A stretch of 64,000 bases of DNA from Phycisphaerae bacterium (GTDB lineage Bacteria; Planctomycetota; Phycisphaerae; UBA1845). Both the position numbers and the translations under genes were made by a program. The DNA lies in contig JAGVHG010000040.1 of assembly GCA_020056715.1 (NCBI GenBank), positions 11,920 through 75,919 on the forward strand, in the 5' to 3' direction. Below the pieces are notes generated by a model. That model did not search any database, had not been told where the DNA came from, and worked only from the letters and a program-made list of their open reading frames with translations. Shown here piece after piece: positions 26,887 to 38,393 of this stretch; within the stretch, counting starts at the first letter, position 1, and every line of letters begins with the position of its first letter.

Positions 26887-28071
26887 ATGACGACGACCAG
26901 CACGAATCCTGTGATCTCAGAGGTTGGGCGATCCTACCTGCGCCTCCAGCGAGTCCCCGACGTCGGACCCGTCCGCGCCAGAAACCTCATCGCCCATTTC
27001 GGCTCGGTCGACGCCATCTGGTCCGCGTCGATGGCCGAACTGCAACACGTAGAGGGAATCGGTCCATGTGTTGCCGAATCCATCTTCCGCTCCCGCGACG
27101 AAAAGGGAGTGGACGAGGAGATCGCCAAGGCCGTCGAATGTGAGTTGCGAATCCTCTGCCCCGAGGACGCGGATTACCCCAAACCGTTGCTGCACATCCC
27201 CGACTCGCCGATCTGTCTCTACGTGCGGGGTACGCTTCAACCCGCGGATAGCGTGGCCGTAGCTATCGTGGGAACGCGACGATGCTCCCACTACGGCCGA
27301 GAGCAAGCGCTACGCTTCGGCGAAATGCTCGCCGGCGCGGGGTTCACCGTTGTCTCCGGTCTGGCCCGAGGCATTGACGGCGAGGCCCATCGCGGCGCAT
27401 TACGCGCCGGGGGACGCACTGTCGCCGTCCTCGGCAACGGTCTGGGTTCGATCTACCCGCGGGAACACGAGGAATTGGCCGAAGAAATCGCCGCAAGCGG
27501 CGCAATCGTCAGCGAACTTGAAGTGGACATCGGCCCGGACTTCAAAAACTTTCCCCCGCGCAACCGAATCATTGCCGGGCTGTCGCTGGGCGTGATCGTC
27601 ATCGAGGCCGGAGAAAAGAGCGGCGCTCTCATTACGGCCAGACTCGCTACCGAGTACAACCGCGAAGTCTTCGCCGTTCCCGGCAATGTTGATCGCCCCG
27701 CGCAAACCGCGGGAAGCAATGCCCTGATCCGCGACGGACAGGCCAAGCTCATCACTTGCCTCGATGACGTGCTCAATGAACTCGGCGAGGTCGGTAAGTC
27801 GCTGCGCCCCGACTCCTCGCTCCTCCCCACCGACGCTCCGCTTTTCGCAACCGCGAACCTTGCACAGCACGAACGATCCATCCTTGAAGCGGTGAGCAGC
27901 GGTATCGAGGAGGTGGAGGGCATCTGCACAACGACGCGCCTCGATGCCGGGTCGGTGACCTCCACCTTGACGGCCCTGCAACTCCGCGGTCTGATCCGTC
28001 TGTTACCGGGTAACCGGTTTGTTTGTCGCACTGCTGCGCGATCAGAGCCGCGAGCGGAAGCGAGCGGATAA
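26887..28071 (+). CDS. dprA: DNA-processing protein DprA (Smf)
   Basis: N-terminal SAM-like domain, Rossmann-like core with GLARGIDGEAHRGAL and GSIYPREH, and a C-terminal winged-helix-like extension. Confidence 0.85.
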   Translation: MTTTSTNPVISEVGRSYLRLQRVPDVGPVRARNLIAHFGSVDAIWSASMAELQHVEGIGPCVAESIFRSRDEKGVDEEIAKAVECELRILCPEDADYPKPLLHIPDSPICLYVRGTLQPADSVAVAIVGTRRCSHYGREQALRFGEMLAGAGFTVVSGLARGIDGEAHRGALRAGGRTVAVLGNGLGSIYPREHEELAEEIAASGAIVSELEVDIGPDFKNFPPRNRIIAGLSLGVIVIEAGEKSGALITARLATEYNREVFAVPGNVDRPAQTAGSNALIRDGQAKLITCLDDVLNELGEVGKSLRPDSSLLPTDAPLFATANLAQHERSILEAVSSGIEEVEGICTTTRLDAGSVTSTLTALQLRGLIRLLPGNRFVCRTAARSEPRAEASG

Positions 28072-28100
28072 CCCAGCCAAACGTCACGGACAGACATCCC

Positions 28101-28127
28101 GTCGCTACCGCTCCGGGCTCTGATCCA
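28101..28127 (+). repeat. short dispersed repeat (family G variant)
   Basis: gtcgctaccgctccgggctctgatcca matches 54044-54070 (gtcgctaccgctccccgctctgatcaa) at 24 of 27 positions. This copy is intergenic; the other is inside the histidine kinase ORF. Confidence 0.6.
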
Positions 28128-28149
28128 TGACGCATAGGACGATCGCAAC

Positions 28150-30093
<1,944 letters not shown>

Positions 30094-30182
30094 AACTTGC
30101 TAAAATGATCCGTGTGATGATGGTGGCGATCTAGGCCGTTCTTGGGTAGGATGATTGCGCAGGATAGGAGCGTCGAAACCCC

Positions 30183-31274
30183 ATGGCCGAGGACTTCCTT
30201 CCCATTAAGGGCTATGACCACGTTGAGTTTTACGTGGGCAACGCCAAGCAGGCGGCACATTTTTACGACAAGACCTTCGGCTTCAAGCCGGTGGCCAAGG
30301 CCGGCCTCGAAACCGGCTGCCGCGACCGGGCCAGTTATGTCATGGAGCAAGGTAACGCGCGATTCGTTTTCACCAGCGCCTACGGCCCAGACCATGAGAT
30401 CGCCCGCCATTGCGCTTTACACGGCGACGGCGTCAAATCCATCGGTCTAAGCGTTCCCGACGTCGATCGCGCCATTGCGGAGACAAAGAAACGCGGCGCC
30501 ACCGTGCTGCAACAGACCACGTCGGTGAAGGACGAGCACGGGACTTACGTCACGGGAACGATCAAGTACGCCGGCGATACAGTCTTTCGGTTCGTGGATC
30601 GGAAGAACTATCACGGAGCCTTCGCCCCGGGATTCAAGCCTATCCAGGCACACGGGCCGCTGCCGGTTGGCCTGGCCGCGATCGATCACATTGTCACCAA
30701 CGTCTACCTCGGCGAAATGAACTTCTGGGCCAAGTGGTTCGAGGAGGTGATGGGCTTCTCTAATCTCTGCGGCTTTACCGACAAAGACATCAGCACGGAA
30801 TACTCCGCCCTGATGAGCAAAGTCATGGAGAACGGCACGGGCAAGTGCAAGTTCCCCATTAACGAACCCGCTGAGGGGAAAAAGAAAAGTCAGATCGAGG
30901 AGTTTCTCGACTATTACTACGGTCCCGGCGTCCAGCACATCGCCATGAATAGCGGCAACATCTATGATACGGTCACGGAACTCCGCCGTAGGGACATCGA
31001 CTTCCTCCGCGTCCCGGATACGTACTATGACTACATGCGCAAGCGCGTCGGCGATGTCGGCGAAGACTGGGATAAGCTGCAGGACTTGGGAATCCTTATT
31101 GATAGGGACGATGACGGGTATTTATTGCAGATTTTTACCGCTCCGGTACAAGATCGGCCGACGCTATTCTTTGAGGTCATCGAGCGCCACGGCAGTCGCG
31201 GATTTGGAATCGGTAACTTCAAGGCTCTGTTTATCAGCATTGAAGCGGAACAGGCATTGCGGGGAAATCTTTAG
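30183..31274 (+). CDS. hppD: 4-hydroxyphenylpyruvate dioxygenase
   Basis: Two VOC-fold halves. C-terminal signature FFEVIERHGSRGFGIGNFKALFISIEAEQ. GVQHIA iron-ligand context. Confidence 0.9.
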   Translation: MAEDFLPIKGYDHVEFYVGNAKQAAHFYDKTFGFKPVAKAGLETGCRDRASYVMEQGNARFVFTSAYGPDHEIARHCALHGDGVKSIGLSVPDVDRAIAETKKRGATVLQQTTSVKDEHGTYVTGTIKYAGDTVFRFVDRKNYHGAFAPGFKPIQAHGPLPVGLAAIDHIVTNVYLGEMNFWAKWFEEVMGFSNLCGFTDKDISTEYSALMSKVMENGTGKCKFPINEPAEGKKKSQIEEFLDYYYGPGVQHIAMNSGNIYDTVTELRRRDIDFLRVPDTYYDYMRKRVGDVGEDWDKLQDLGILIDRDDDGYLLQIFTAPVQDRPTLFFEVIERHGSRGFGIGNFKALFISIEAEQALRGNL

Positions 31275-31325
31275 CCGTAAACATTGCTAAATCGGCAATT
31301 GGCAATTCGCGCGGAGCAACTATAA

Positions 31326-32540
31326 GTGATTCACTATCACCACCTCGGCAGCGTCCCCCCCAAGCATCACGTCACGCACTATGAGAACGGCAAACTCCTC
31401 ATGGAGCAGTGCATGACCCGCGTGGGGTTTGACAGCACTTACAGTATTCTCTATTATCGGATTCCGCCAACCGACGAATTCGCCGTACGGGCCATGGAGC
31501 TGCCGGGATTCTGTCCAATCTCGCCGATGGACAGGCAACTGTTGCACCGCCGGCACATCAAGACCCAGAACCTCAAGGTCGACGGCGATTTCCTCACCGC
31601 TCGGCGGACGGTCCTGATGAACGCGGACATCCGCGTGGGCATCAGCAAACCCAACCAGCCGGCCAAACACTGGTTCAGCAACGGCGAAGGGGACGAATGT
31701 TGGTTTGCGTACGATGGCGGCGGGACGCTGGAGAGCGTCTATGGCATTCTCCCTTTCAAGAAACATGACTATGTCATCGTACCCAAGGGAACCCCCTACC
31801 GCCTACATCCCGACGGCAACCGTGGAACATTCCTAGTGTTCGAATCGGACAGTTACATTGACGTTCCCAGGCAATTCCGCAATGAGTCCGGCCAGATCAC
31901 CATGGACGCCCCGTTCTGCCATCGGGATTTCCGCATTCCAACGGAGATGTTGCGGTATGACCGAGCCAAGCACGGCGAGCCGCCTTATCCCCTCGTCGTC
32001 AAACACGCCAATCAACTGAGCGTGCACGAGTTCAAACACTTCCCCTGGGAATTAGCGGGGTGGGACGGCGTTGTCTATCCCGTGGCCTTCAATATTCATG
32101 ACTACCAACCGCGCACCGGCACCGTTCATTTGCCGCCTACGACGCATATCACCTTTGCAGGACGGGGATTTGTGATTTGCAGTTTCGTCCCTCGGAAAGT
32201 TGACTACTACGACCGAGACGGTGTAAAGGCGATTCCCTGCCCCTACGGCCACGCCAGTGTGGACTGCGACGAAATCCTTTATTATGTGGAAGGCAATTTC
32301 ACCAGTCGTAAGGGTATTGAGTCGCAGTCCATCAGTCTTCACCCCATGGGCGTCCCTCACGGACCCCATCCCGGCACCTACGAAAAAAGCATCGGCCACG
32401 ACCGTACCAATGAACTGGCCGTCATGTGCGACACCTTCAAGCCCCTGCTTCTAACCTCAGTGGCTGACTCCATCGAAGACAAGGACTATCACTACACCTG
32501 GGTCAAACGCGAAAACGAAGCCATGGAAACCAGCAAGTAG
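31326..32540 (+). CDS. hmgA: homogentisate 1,2-dioxygenase (short bacterial type)
   Basis: 404-aa cupin-type protein directly after hppD. GTG start. The sequence pattern (YYRIPPTDE..., HPMGVPHGPHPG) is consistent with the compact HmgA family. Confidence 0.75.
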   Translation: MIHYHHLGSVPPKHHVTHYENGKLLMEQCMTRVGFDSTYSILYYRIPPTDEFAVRAMELPGFCPISPMDRQLLHRRHIKTQNLKVDGDFLTARRTVLMNADIRVGISKPNQPAKHWFSNGEGDECWFAYDGGGTLESVYGILPFKKHDYVIVPKGTPYRLHPDGNRGTFLVFESDSYIDVPRQFRNESGQITMDAPFCHRDFRIPTEMLRYDRAKHGEPPYPLVVKHANQLSVHEFKHFPWELAGWDGVVYPVAFNIHDYQPRTGTVHLPPTTHITFAGRGFVICSFVPRKVDYYDRDGVKAIPCPYGHASVDCDEILYYVEGNFTSRKGIESQSISLHPMGVPHGPHPGTYEKSIGHDRTNELAVMCDTFKPLLLTSVADSIEDKDYHYTWVKRENEAMETSK

Positions 32541-32561
32541 TCCTGAGCCGCGGCGGGTGTC

Positions 32562-33026
32562 TTATTTCTTTCCCCGTGCGCGCTGCGCCGCGAAGAACTC
32601 CTGCAATATCGCCCCGCACTCATCCGCGAGGCCTGACTGGTCCATTACTACACGGTGATTCAACCGCTCATCGGTGGGAATGGAATACAGCGACACACAC
32701 GCCCCGGCCTTGGGATCACGGGCGCCAAATACCAGACGTGGAAGCCTCGCCAGCACGATCGCACCCGCGCACATCGCACACGGCTCTAGCGTCACAAACA
32801 GGGTACACCCTTCCAGCCGCCAACTTTGGAGGTGACCGGCCGCCGCCGTAATGGCGATCATTTCCGCATGGGCTGTTGGGTCGTTGAGCGTTTCGCGTTG
32901 ATTATGCCCGCGGCCGATGATCCGTCCGTCATGCACCACGACGGCCCCGATCGGTACTTCATCCTCATCCAAGGCGAAGCCCGCCTCCGCGATCGCCGCC
33001 CGCATGTACGATTCGTCAGATTTCAC
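32562..33026 (-). CDS. tadA: tRNA adenosine(34) deaminase
   Basis: 154 aa with the CDA-fold motifs HAEMIAI and PCAMCAGA. Confidence 0.9.
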   Translation of the reverse strand: MKSDESYMRAAIAEAGFALDEDEVPIGAVVVHDGRIIGRGHNQRETLNDPTAHAEMIAITAAAGHLQSWRLEGCTLFVTLEPCAMCAGAIVLARLPRLVFGARDPKAGACVSLYSIPTDERLNHRVVMDQSGLADECGAILQEFFAAQRARGKK

Positions 33027-33192
33027 CCAGGAATCCCGCGGGCTGGGAACCCGCGCTCTCGGCCTCGAAACGATCTCCGCCCAACTGACAGAGCATCGCC
33101 CCGGCCATCTGCGACCGACCCGCCTAGGGCGGATCGCTACACAGTAACAAAACGCTGATCCTGGAACGGTCCGTAATGGGCGCTGCTCGTGC

Positions 33193-33235
33193 CGTCAGCC
33201 GAATCCGCCGACCGGCGGATAAGTCGTTCGGCGAG
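33193..33235 (+). repeat. GTCAG-palindrome-CGAG element (variant of the hairpin-module family)
   Basis: cgtcag, then ccgaa-[atccgccg-ac-cggcggat]-aagtcg-ttcgg, then cgag. It has the same head and tail as the 30-nt modules at 51-56 kb, in the same orientation. Confidence 0.5.
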
Positions 33236-33285
33236 CGACGAAACACTCCAGCGGACTTCACTCTACTGTGCCCTCGCCTATCACT

Positions 33286-35130
33286 CTACGGGCATGCCGC
33301 CGCGTCGCCGACGCACGTCGAGTCCCATTCTGTTTCACAGCAGTAGGGATCGCTCGCGCATACGGTCTCGCAACAGGTTTGTGTAGCGCAACCGGGCGTC
33401 GCATGGACCGAGTGACAATCGCCCGCTCCTGGCACGCAGGTCAAGAAGCACATCGAGTTCGCCTCATCCACACAAGTCCCGTCCCACTCCTCAAGGCAGC
33501 AGAACGGATCGACCTTGCACACCGTGTTGCAGCAGGTCTCGTTGCAACCTGGATTGCTGTCGGGCGTACCGCAGGTTCTTGTATTCGCAGTGCATGCCGT
33601 GTAGCTTCCTTGGCAAACGCCCTTCGCCTCTTCCGCACAGTCCCCATCCCAATCCACATCACAACAGAACCGATCCAATGTACAGATCTGCGCACAGCAG
33701 CCCGAGCCCGCATCGTCGCAGCCCGGCGTCAGCGTCTGACTCGGCGACTCTGTGAAGCAGTCGCCAGTCCCGTTGGCGCAGGCATCGACGACATCGCACC
33801 CGATGGTCAACCGTCCGTCCCCCTGCTTGGTGAGGTATCCGCCTACACGGACCAGATATTGCTGCCCCGACGTCACCGCTATGGTGACGCGGGATTGCTG
33901 CTTTTTGACATCCCCCGTGCCGCCGCAGTCGTCGTCGCTGCACGCCAGCGGCGCCGCCGAGGGGCAACCACAACCGGCGTAGACCGCCAGCTTGGTGTCG
34001 TAATCACTGCCGCACAGACTTACCATCGCCGTGCACGTGTCCGTGGCCGTGTAGCAATACCAGATGTCGGAGTCCACGTTTGTTGATCCGGCGAAGTTGC
34101 ACGTCGCCGGTTCATTCGGACCGTCCGTCGTTGCCCCGGCGTTACTATAGGTCCGTGTCCCTTCGCCCACGGGAGTTGCGACGCTGCAAAGTTCGTTGGG
34201 GATTCCGCCTCCGCCACCCCCGCCTCCGCCTCCGCCTCCTCCGCCGCCACCGCCACCTGTCTCAGTCTGGCAGGTCGCCGAGCAGAGGTCTCCGTTCACC
34301 GTGTTCCCATCGTCGCACTGCTCGCCGGCGTCTACGTGCCTATCGCCGCACTTCGTGCAGTTGTTGCGGCAGCCGTCGGTGTCGACGGCATTACCGTCGT
34401 CGCATGTTTCGACTCCGGCTGGTCCATCTATGGCTTTGTTACCGCAGTACGTGCAATTGCTTCGGCACGCCCCGTGGCTGGCCGGTGCGGTGGTCTCGAA
34501 CTTGGTTCCGTCGCAATCCTCGCCGGTGTTGAGGACGCCGTTTCCACAAGTCGCGGGAGGCGGTTCAGTCTGGCAGGTCGCCCCGCAACGGTCGCCCGGC
34601 GTGGTGTTCCCATCGTCGCACTGCTCGTTTGCGGCAGTGTTCAAGATGCCGTCGCCGCAGCGGGCTGTCGTGCAGTCGGCGTTGCACGACGCCGTCTCAC
34701 CGCCGTCGTCGCATTGTTCAGATCTATCCACGATGCTGTCACCGCAAACCGGTAGCGGCCGATCAGGTTCTACCTGACAGGTCGAGGAGCAACCGTCCAA
34801 ATCCACCGTATTTCCGTCGTCGCATTGCTCGGACGAATCCAAGACGCCGTCACCGCAAACCGGCAGCGGCCGATCAGGTTCTACCTGACAGGTCGAGGAG
34901 CAACCGTCTAAATCCACCGTATTTCCGTCGTCGCATAGCTCGGAAGTATCCACGATGCCGTCACCGCAAACCGGTGAGGGTTCATTGTCGTTGCCGTTTC
35001 CTGTGTTATCGTTGGTGTTGTCCGTCCCTGGGTCGACGAGCGGGCACCCACCCATGGCCAGCGCCGTCAGTCCAGTGATTAACAAAGAAAACGAGTTACG
35101 CCGAAGCCATGCGAATGGTAACTGATACAC
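33286..35130 (-). CDS. secreted multi-domain cysteine-rich protein (Myxococcus-type Cys-rich repeats, poly-Gly linker, PPC-like domain, CC...FCC...WD..C modules)
   Basis: Signal/lipobox-like N-terminus. Repeats of CGDGxxD..EQCDDGNTxxxDGCSSTCQxE. 18 consecutive Gly. C-terminal triplicated motif (GCCAQICTLDRFCCDVDWDGDC, ETCCNTVCKVDPFCCLEEWDGTC, QTCCETVCASDPYCCETEWDSTC). Confidence 0.8.
   Translation of the reverse strand: MYQLPFAWLRRNSFSLLITGLTALAMGGCPLVDPGTDNTNDNTGNGNDNEPSPVCGDGIVDTSELCDDGNTVDLDGCSSTCQVEPDRPLPVCGDGVLDSSEQCDDGNTVDLDGCSSTCQVEPDRPLPVCGDSIVDRSEQCDDGGETASCNADCTTARCGDGILNTAANEQCDDGNTTPGDRCGATCQTEPPPATCGNGVLNTGEDCDGTKFETTAPASHGACRSNCTYCGNKAIDGPAGVETCDDGNAVDTDGCRNNCTKCGDRHVDAGEQCDDGNTVNGDLCSATCQTETGGGGGGGGGGGGGGGGGGIPNELCSVATPVGEGTRTYSNAGATTDGPNEPATCNFAGSTNVDSDIWYCYTATDTCTAMVSLCGSDYDTKLAVYAGCGCPSAAPLACSDDDCGGTGDVKKQQSRVTIAVTSGQQYLVRVGGYLTKQGDGRLTIGCDVVDACANGTGDCFTESPSQTLTPGCDDAGSGCCAQICTLDRFCCDVDWDGDCAEEAKGVCQGSYTACTANTRTCGTPDSNPGCNETCCNTVCKVDPFCCLEEWDGTCVDEANSMCFLTCVPGAGDCHSVHATPGCATQTCCETVCASDPYCCETEWDSTCVGDAAACP
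34738..34959. repeat. 111-bp (37-codon) tandem duplication inside the Cys-rich protein gene
   Basis: Units 34738-34848 and 34849-34959 differ at only a handful of positions by eye. A third, more diverged unit flanks each side. The period is divisible by 3. Confidence 0.85.
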
Positions 35131-35369
35131 GTTTGATTTCCTCCGTTGTTGAAGCGGCCCTCGACCTCAGCCACGGGCAACAATCCCGCAACTGGTCGCC
35201 GCAGACTCACTTGCCTCAACTGTATGCGACCACCAAGTACAAAGCAAGGGCTGAGGAGTTAAGTACCAGCTTATGGGATGCGGCCGAAAATTACCGTCAT
35301 GCTGTATCGAAGTGCCGATGTTTTACTGGACCATCATGCGGAACCCAAGTGGTAATCGGTCATCGGCAA

Positions 35370-36512
35370 TCATTTCATCGCCTCGGCGAAGACTTTTTGG
35401 GCCGCGGCGACACCCGCGCCTGGCGCGAGTTTGAATCCTTGTCCAATCAGGGTCATTTCCAACGCCGCCAACACGCCGAGGGTGTCAAACGCATCGACGT
35501 ATCCCATGTGCGAAAAGCGGATGATCTTCCCCTTAAGTTCGCCCTGCCCGCCCGCGATCTGGAAGCCGTACTTGGACCGCATGGTTTTGCGCAAAGCGCC
35601 TTCCTCGACGCCGGTGGGGACAACGACGGCCGTCACGGAGTCAACGGGATCAGCGGCAAAGAGCTTCAGTCCCATGGCCTCTGCGGCGGCGCGAGTTGCG
35701 CGAGCCAGCAACGTCGTCTCCGCCCAAACTGACTCCAAACCCCGCTCTTTGATCCCGCGGAGCACACAGAGCAACCCACGGACCAGCGTAACCGGCGGCG
35801 TATAAGGCACATCCCACTCCGCGAGCGACTTACGATAAGCCTTCAGATCGTTGTAGAGCGTCGGCGTCTTACCCGACTCGATCCGCTCCCAGGCGCGATC
35901 GCTCACCGCGACAAAGGCCAGCCCCGGCGGAAGCATCAGCGCCTTCTGCGAGCCGGTGATGTAGGCATCGACGCCCCACTCGTCCATCTTGCAGGGAATC
36001 GCGCCCACGGCGGTAATGCCGTCCACGATGAGCAGCGCCCCTCGGTCGCGCGTCAGACGGCCGATGCCTGCGATGTCGGAGAGGGCCGTCGTCGAGGTCT
36101 CGCTGTGGACGATTATGATCGTGTCGATCTTCGGATCAGCGTCCATGGCCTTGCTGATGTCCGCCGCCTTGGCGCCCCGGCCCCATTCGATGGGCAACCG
36201 GGTATTGGCGATACCGAAAGCCGCGCAGACCTTCACCCAGCGCTCGGCGAACTTCCCGTTGTCCACCACGAGGGCCTTATGTCCGGTCGGGCAGCATCCC
36301 ACGATGGCCGCCTCGGCCGCGGCCGTCCCGCTACCCGCCATCGTCACGCACATCGCCTTCGTCTGAAAGAGATATTGCAGAAGCCCATGCGCTTCCTTAA
36401 CCCATTCCTTGTAGATACCCGTGCGATGGTGCTCCATCGGCCGGGCCATTTCCAGCATCACTTCTTCCGGAACCATTGTCGGGCCGGGAGTAAACAAACG
36501 GATTTTCTTCAT
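35370..36512 (-). CDS. class V aminotransferase (serine-pyruvate / alanine-glyoxylate type)
   Basis: MKKIRLFTPGPTMVPEEV N-terminus and PLP-lysine context ITGSQKALMLPPGL. 380 aa. Confidence 0.82.
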   Translation of the reverse strand: MKKIRLFTPGPTMVPEEVMLEMARPMEHHRTGIYKEWVKEAHGLLQYLFQTKAMCVTMAGSGTAAAEAAIVGCCPTGHKALVVDNGKFAERWVKVCAAFGIANTRLPIEWGRGAKAADISKAMDADPKIDTIIIVHSETSTTALSDIAGIGRLTRDRGALLIVDGITAVGAIPCKMDEWGVDAYITGSQKALMLPPGLAFVAVSDRAWERIESGKTPTLYNDLKAYRKSLAEWDVPYTPPVTLVRGLLCVLRGIKERGLESVWAETTLLARATRAAAEAMGLKLFAADPVDSVTAVVVPTGVEEGALRKTMRSKYGFQIAGGQGELKGKIIRFSHMGYVDAFDTLGVLAALEMTLIGQGFKLAPGAGVAAAQKVFAEAMK

Positions 36513-36693
36513 AGCTTGTTATCCTTCCTCAAGTTTCGCCGTACATGGCGCGCCATCGGTATTATACACGAATCATCGTCCCGCTGTAACGCCGCAGCTT
36601 GGCGGCGGCGGCGGGGCCCGCTGGCTCGCGCCCGCGGCTCTGATCGACCGACTTGCAGGTCTTGTGCCAGTTGCCACCGGCTCGAGCACGCGA

Positions 36694-37032
36694 TTACTCT
36701 GACGGTGGGAGCAATCGCCCTAGAGCCGTCCGCACGACTGGGGCCTTCGTACTTGCTATATCCCAGACGAGGTCCCAATCGACGTCCTCGTAGCTGTGAA
36801 TCAGGACATCGCGCAAGCCGGCCATCTGTTTCCACTGAATGGCCGGGTGTGACTCGCGAAAGGCGTCGGACAACCGTTTTGTGGCCTCGCCGACGATCTC
36901 GAGCTGTCGAACGACAGCCGACATCACCAGTTTGTTCGCAAAGAAGTCCTCTTTTGAGCTTCGACCGAGGAACGTCGCGACTTCGTCGCAGGCGTTCACG
37001 ATGTCTGCAACGTACGTGAGGTCACGATCCAT
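36694..37032 (-). CDS. hepT: HepT-like (DUF86) RNase toxin of a type VII TA pair
   Basis: 112 aa with the RxxxxHxY-type motif (LRDVLIHSYEDVDWDLVW). Overlaps the upstream nucleotidyltransferase gene by 11 nt. Confidence 0.8.
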   Translation of the reverse strand: MDRDLTYVADIVNACDEVATFLGRSSKEDFFANKLVMSAVVRQLEIVGEATKRLSDAFRESHPAIQWKQMAGLRDVLIHSYEDVDWDLVWDIASTKAPVVRTALGRLLPPSE

Positions 37033-37339
37033 ATATCAGCATAGCCGAGTCTAAGATGCTCTTACGCCGGATCCAATTGCGGCTTCGCTCCACCGCCCGG
37101 CGGGGAACGAGATCGACGGGCCGCTCAAGGAGCGCCGCGAGGTCGTCCCTCATTTCGATATACTTCCATCCCCACGGTCCGGGGTCGTCGTTCTCAAAGG
37201 TCACGAGGAAATCTACGTCGCTCTCCGGGCCGAAGTCGTCGCCGAGGATCGAGCCGAAGACGGCGAGCTCCTTCACACCGTACTTACTACAAAGTTCGGC
37301 GATGTCGCCCATCGGAAGCGTGGGAGTCTTGAGGACCAT
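37022..37339 (-). CDS. mntA: MntA-like minimal nucleotidyltransferase antitoxin
   Basis: 105 aa with GS...DxD (LAVFGSILGDDFGPESDVDFLV), typical of the minimal NTase partner of HepT. Confidence 0.8.
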   Translation of the reverse strand: MVLKTPTLPMGDIAELCSKYGVKELAVFGSILGDDFGPESDVDFLVTFENDDPGPWGWKYIEMRDDLAALLERPVDLVPRRAVERSRNWIRRKSILDSAMLIYGS

Positions 37340-37505
37340 TTGTACATTCTCGTGGGCGACTTATCCGTACCGGTCAATCGCCCCCTATCATAACCTTCAT
37401 GCGCAAATGCAGTCAAAGGTGCCGTGAAAAAAAATCCTTTTTCCGGCAGGCCAAGGCAATAAATATCTCCCGTGCGAGCTCGTGGAATCGCCTGCGATTC
37501 CGTGC

Positions 37506-38393
37506 TCAATCTCTGTTGAGCTTTTGCGCCAAACGGTCCGCCAATCGCTGGCCGAGCGCTCGCGGATCAACGCCGGTCTCGACTCCTTCGGCCATCCTCA
37601 GACCATCGTCGCTGAAGAGTTGCCCGTGGAGGGCAATCGTGCTTCCATTCACCGTCGCCAAGGCGCCGACGGGCGTATGGCAACCAGCGTGGAGATGGCG
37701 AAGAAAACTCCGCTCGGCCTCGACGGCGCGACGCGAAGGATTGTGCTCAATCACCGCAAGCAATGTGACTGTTGAGTCGCCCTCACGGACCTGCACGGCG
37801 AGTGCGCCTTGGGCGGGAGCGGGTACGAACCAGTCGATCGGTAGGTCGATCAGATTGGGCGGTCTCAGACCCAGCCGCTTCAGCCCCGCGGCGGCGAGCA
37901 CCACTCCTTCGAGTCCGCCCTGCCCCACTTGGGCAATACGCGTGGGAACATTTCCGCGGATCGGGACGATTTCCACCTCGCCTTGGCGTCGCATCTGCGC
38001 GGCGCGGCGCGGACTGCTGGTGCCCAGTCTGATCCCCTTCGGAAGATTAGACAAATCAACGGGGTCGCGGGTCACGAGCACGTCGTGGGGTGCTTCGCGC
38101 GGCGGCACCGCCGCGATCATCAGGCCCGGCGTCGCCGCCGTCGGCAGATCCTTATAGCTGTGAACGGCGAAATCGATACGTCCATCCAACAATGCTTGCT
38201 CGATCGCGCTTACGAACCCGCCGACGGGGAAGTCCGTATCCAAGGGCTGGCCGGTCGCAATGTCGCCGTGCGTCTTGATGACGACCTCTTCAAACTCCAC
38301 GCCTGCATGAACCGCTCGTAGCAGATCGCAGACCCATCGCGTCTGCCGCAGGGCGAGGTCACTGCCACGGGTGCCGACTCGAATCCGCGTCAT
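37506..38393 (-). CDS. hemC: hydroxymethylbilane synthase (porphobilinogen deaminase)
   Basis: MTRIRVGTRGSDLALRQT..., IKTHGD, cofactor Cys context AGCHTPVGA. ATG 38393 forms an ATGA overlap with the hemL stop. The track start 38504 is an upstream extension. Confidence 0.9.
   Translation of the reverse strand: MTRIRVGTRGSDLALRQTRWVCDLLRAVHAGVEFEEVVIKTHGDIATGQPLDTDFPVGGFVSAIEQALLDGRIDFAVHSYKDLPTAATPGLMIAAVPPREAPHDVLVTRDPVDLSNLPKGIRLGTSSPRRAAQMRRQGEVEIVPIRGNVPTRIAQVGQGGLEGVVLAAAGLKRLGLRPPNLIDLPIDWFVPAPAQGALAVQVREGDSTVTLLAVIEHNPSRRAVEAERSFLRHLHAGCHTPVGALATVNGSTIALHGQLFSDDGLRMAEGVETGVDPRALGQRLADRLAQKLNRD

Noticed and set aside
34196-34777. 193-aa + strand ORF starting with a poly-proline tract
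   Set aside because: It is the mirror image of the poly-Gly tract and Cys-rich repeats of the minus-strand secreted protein, so it is an antisense artefact.
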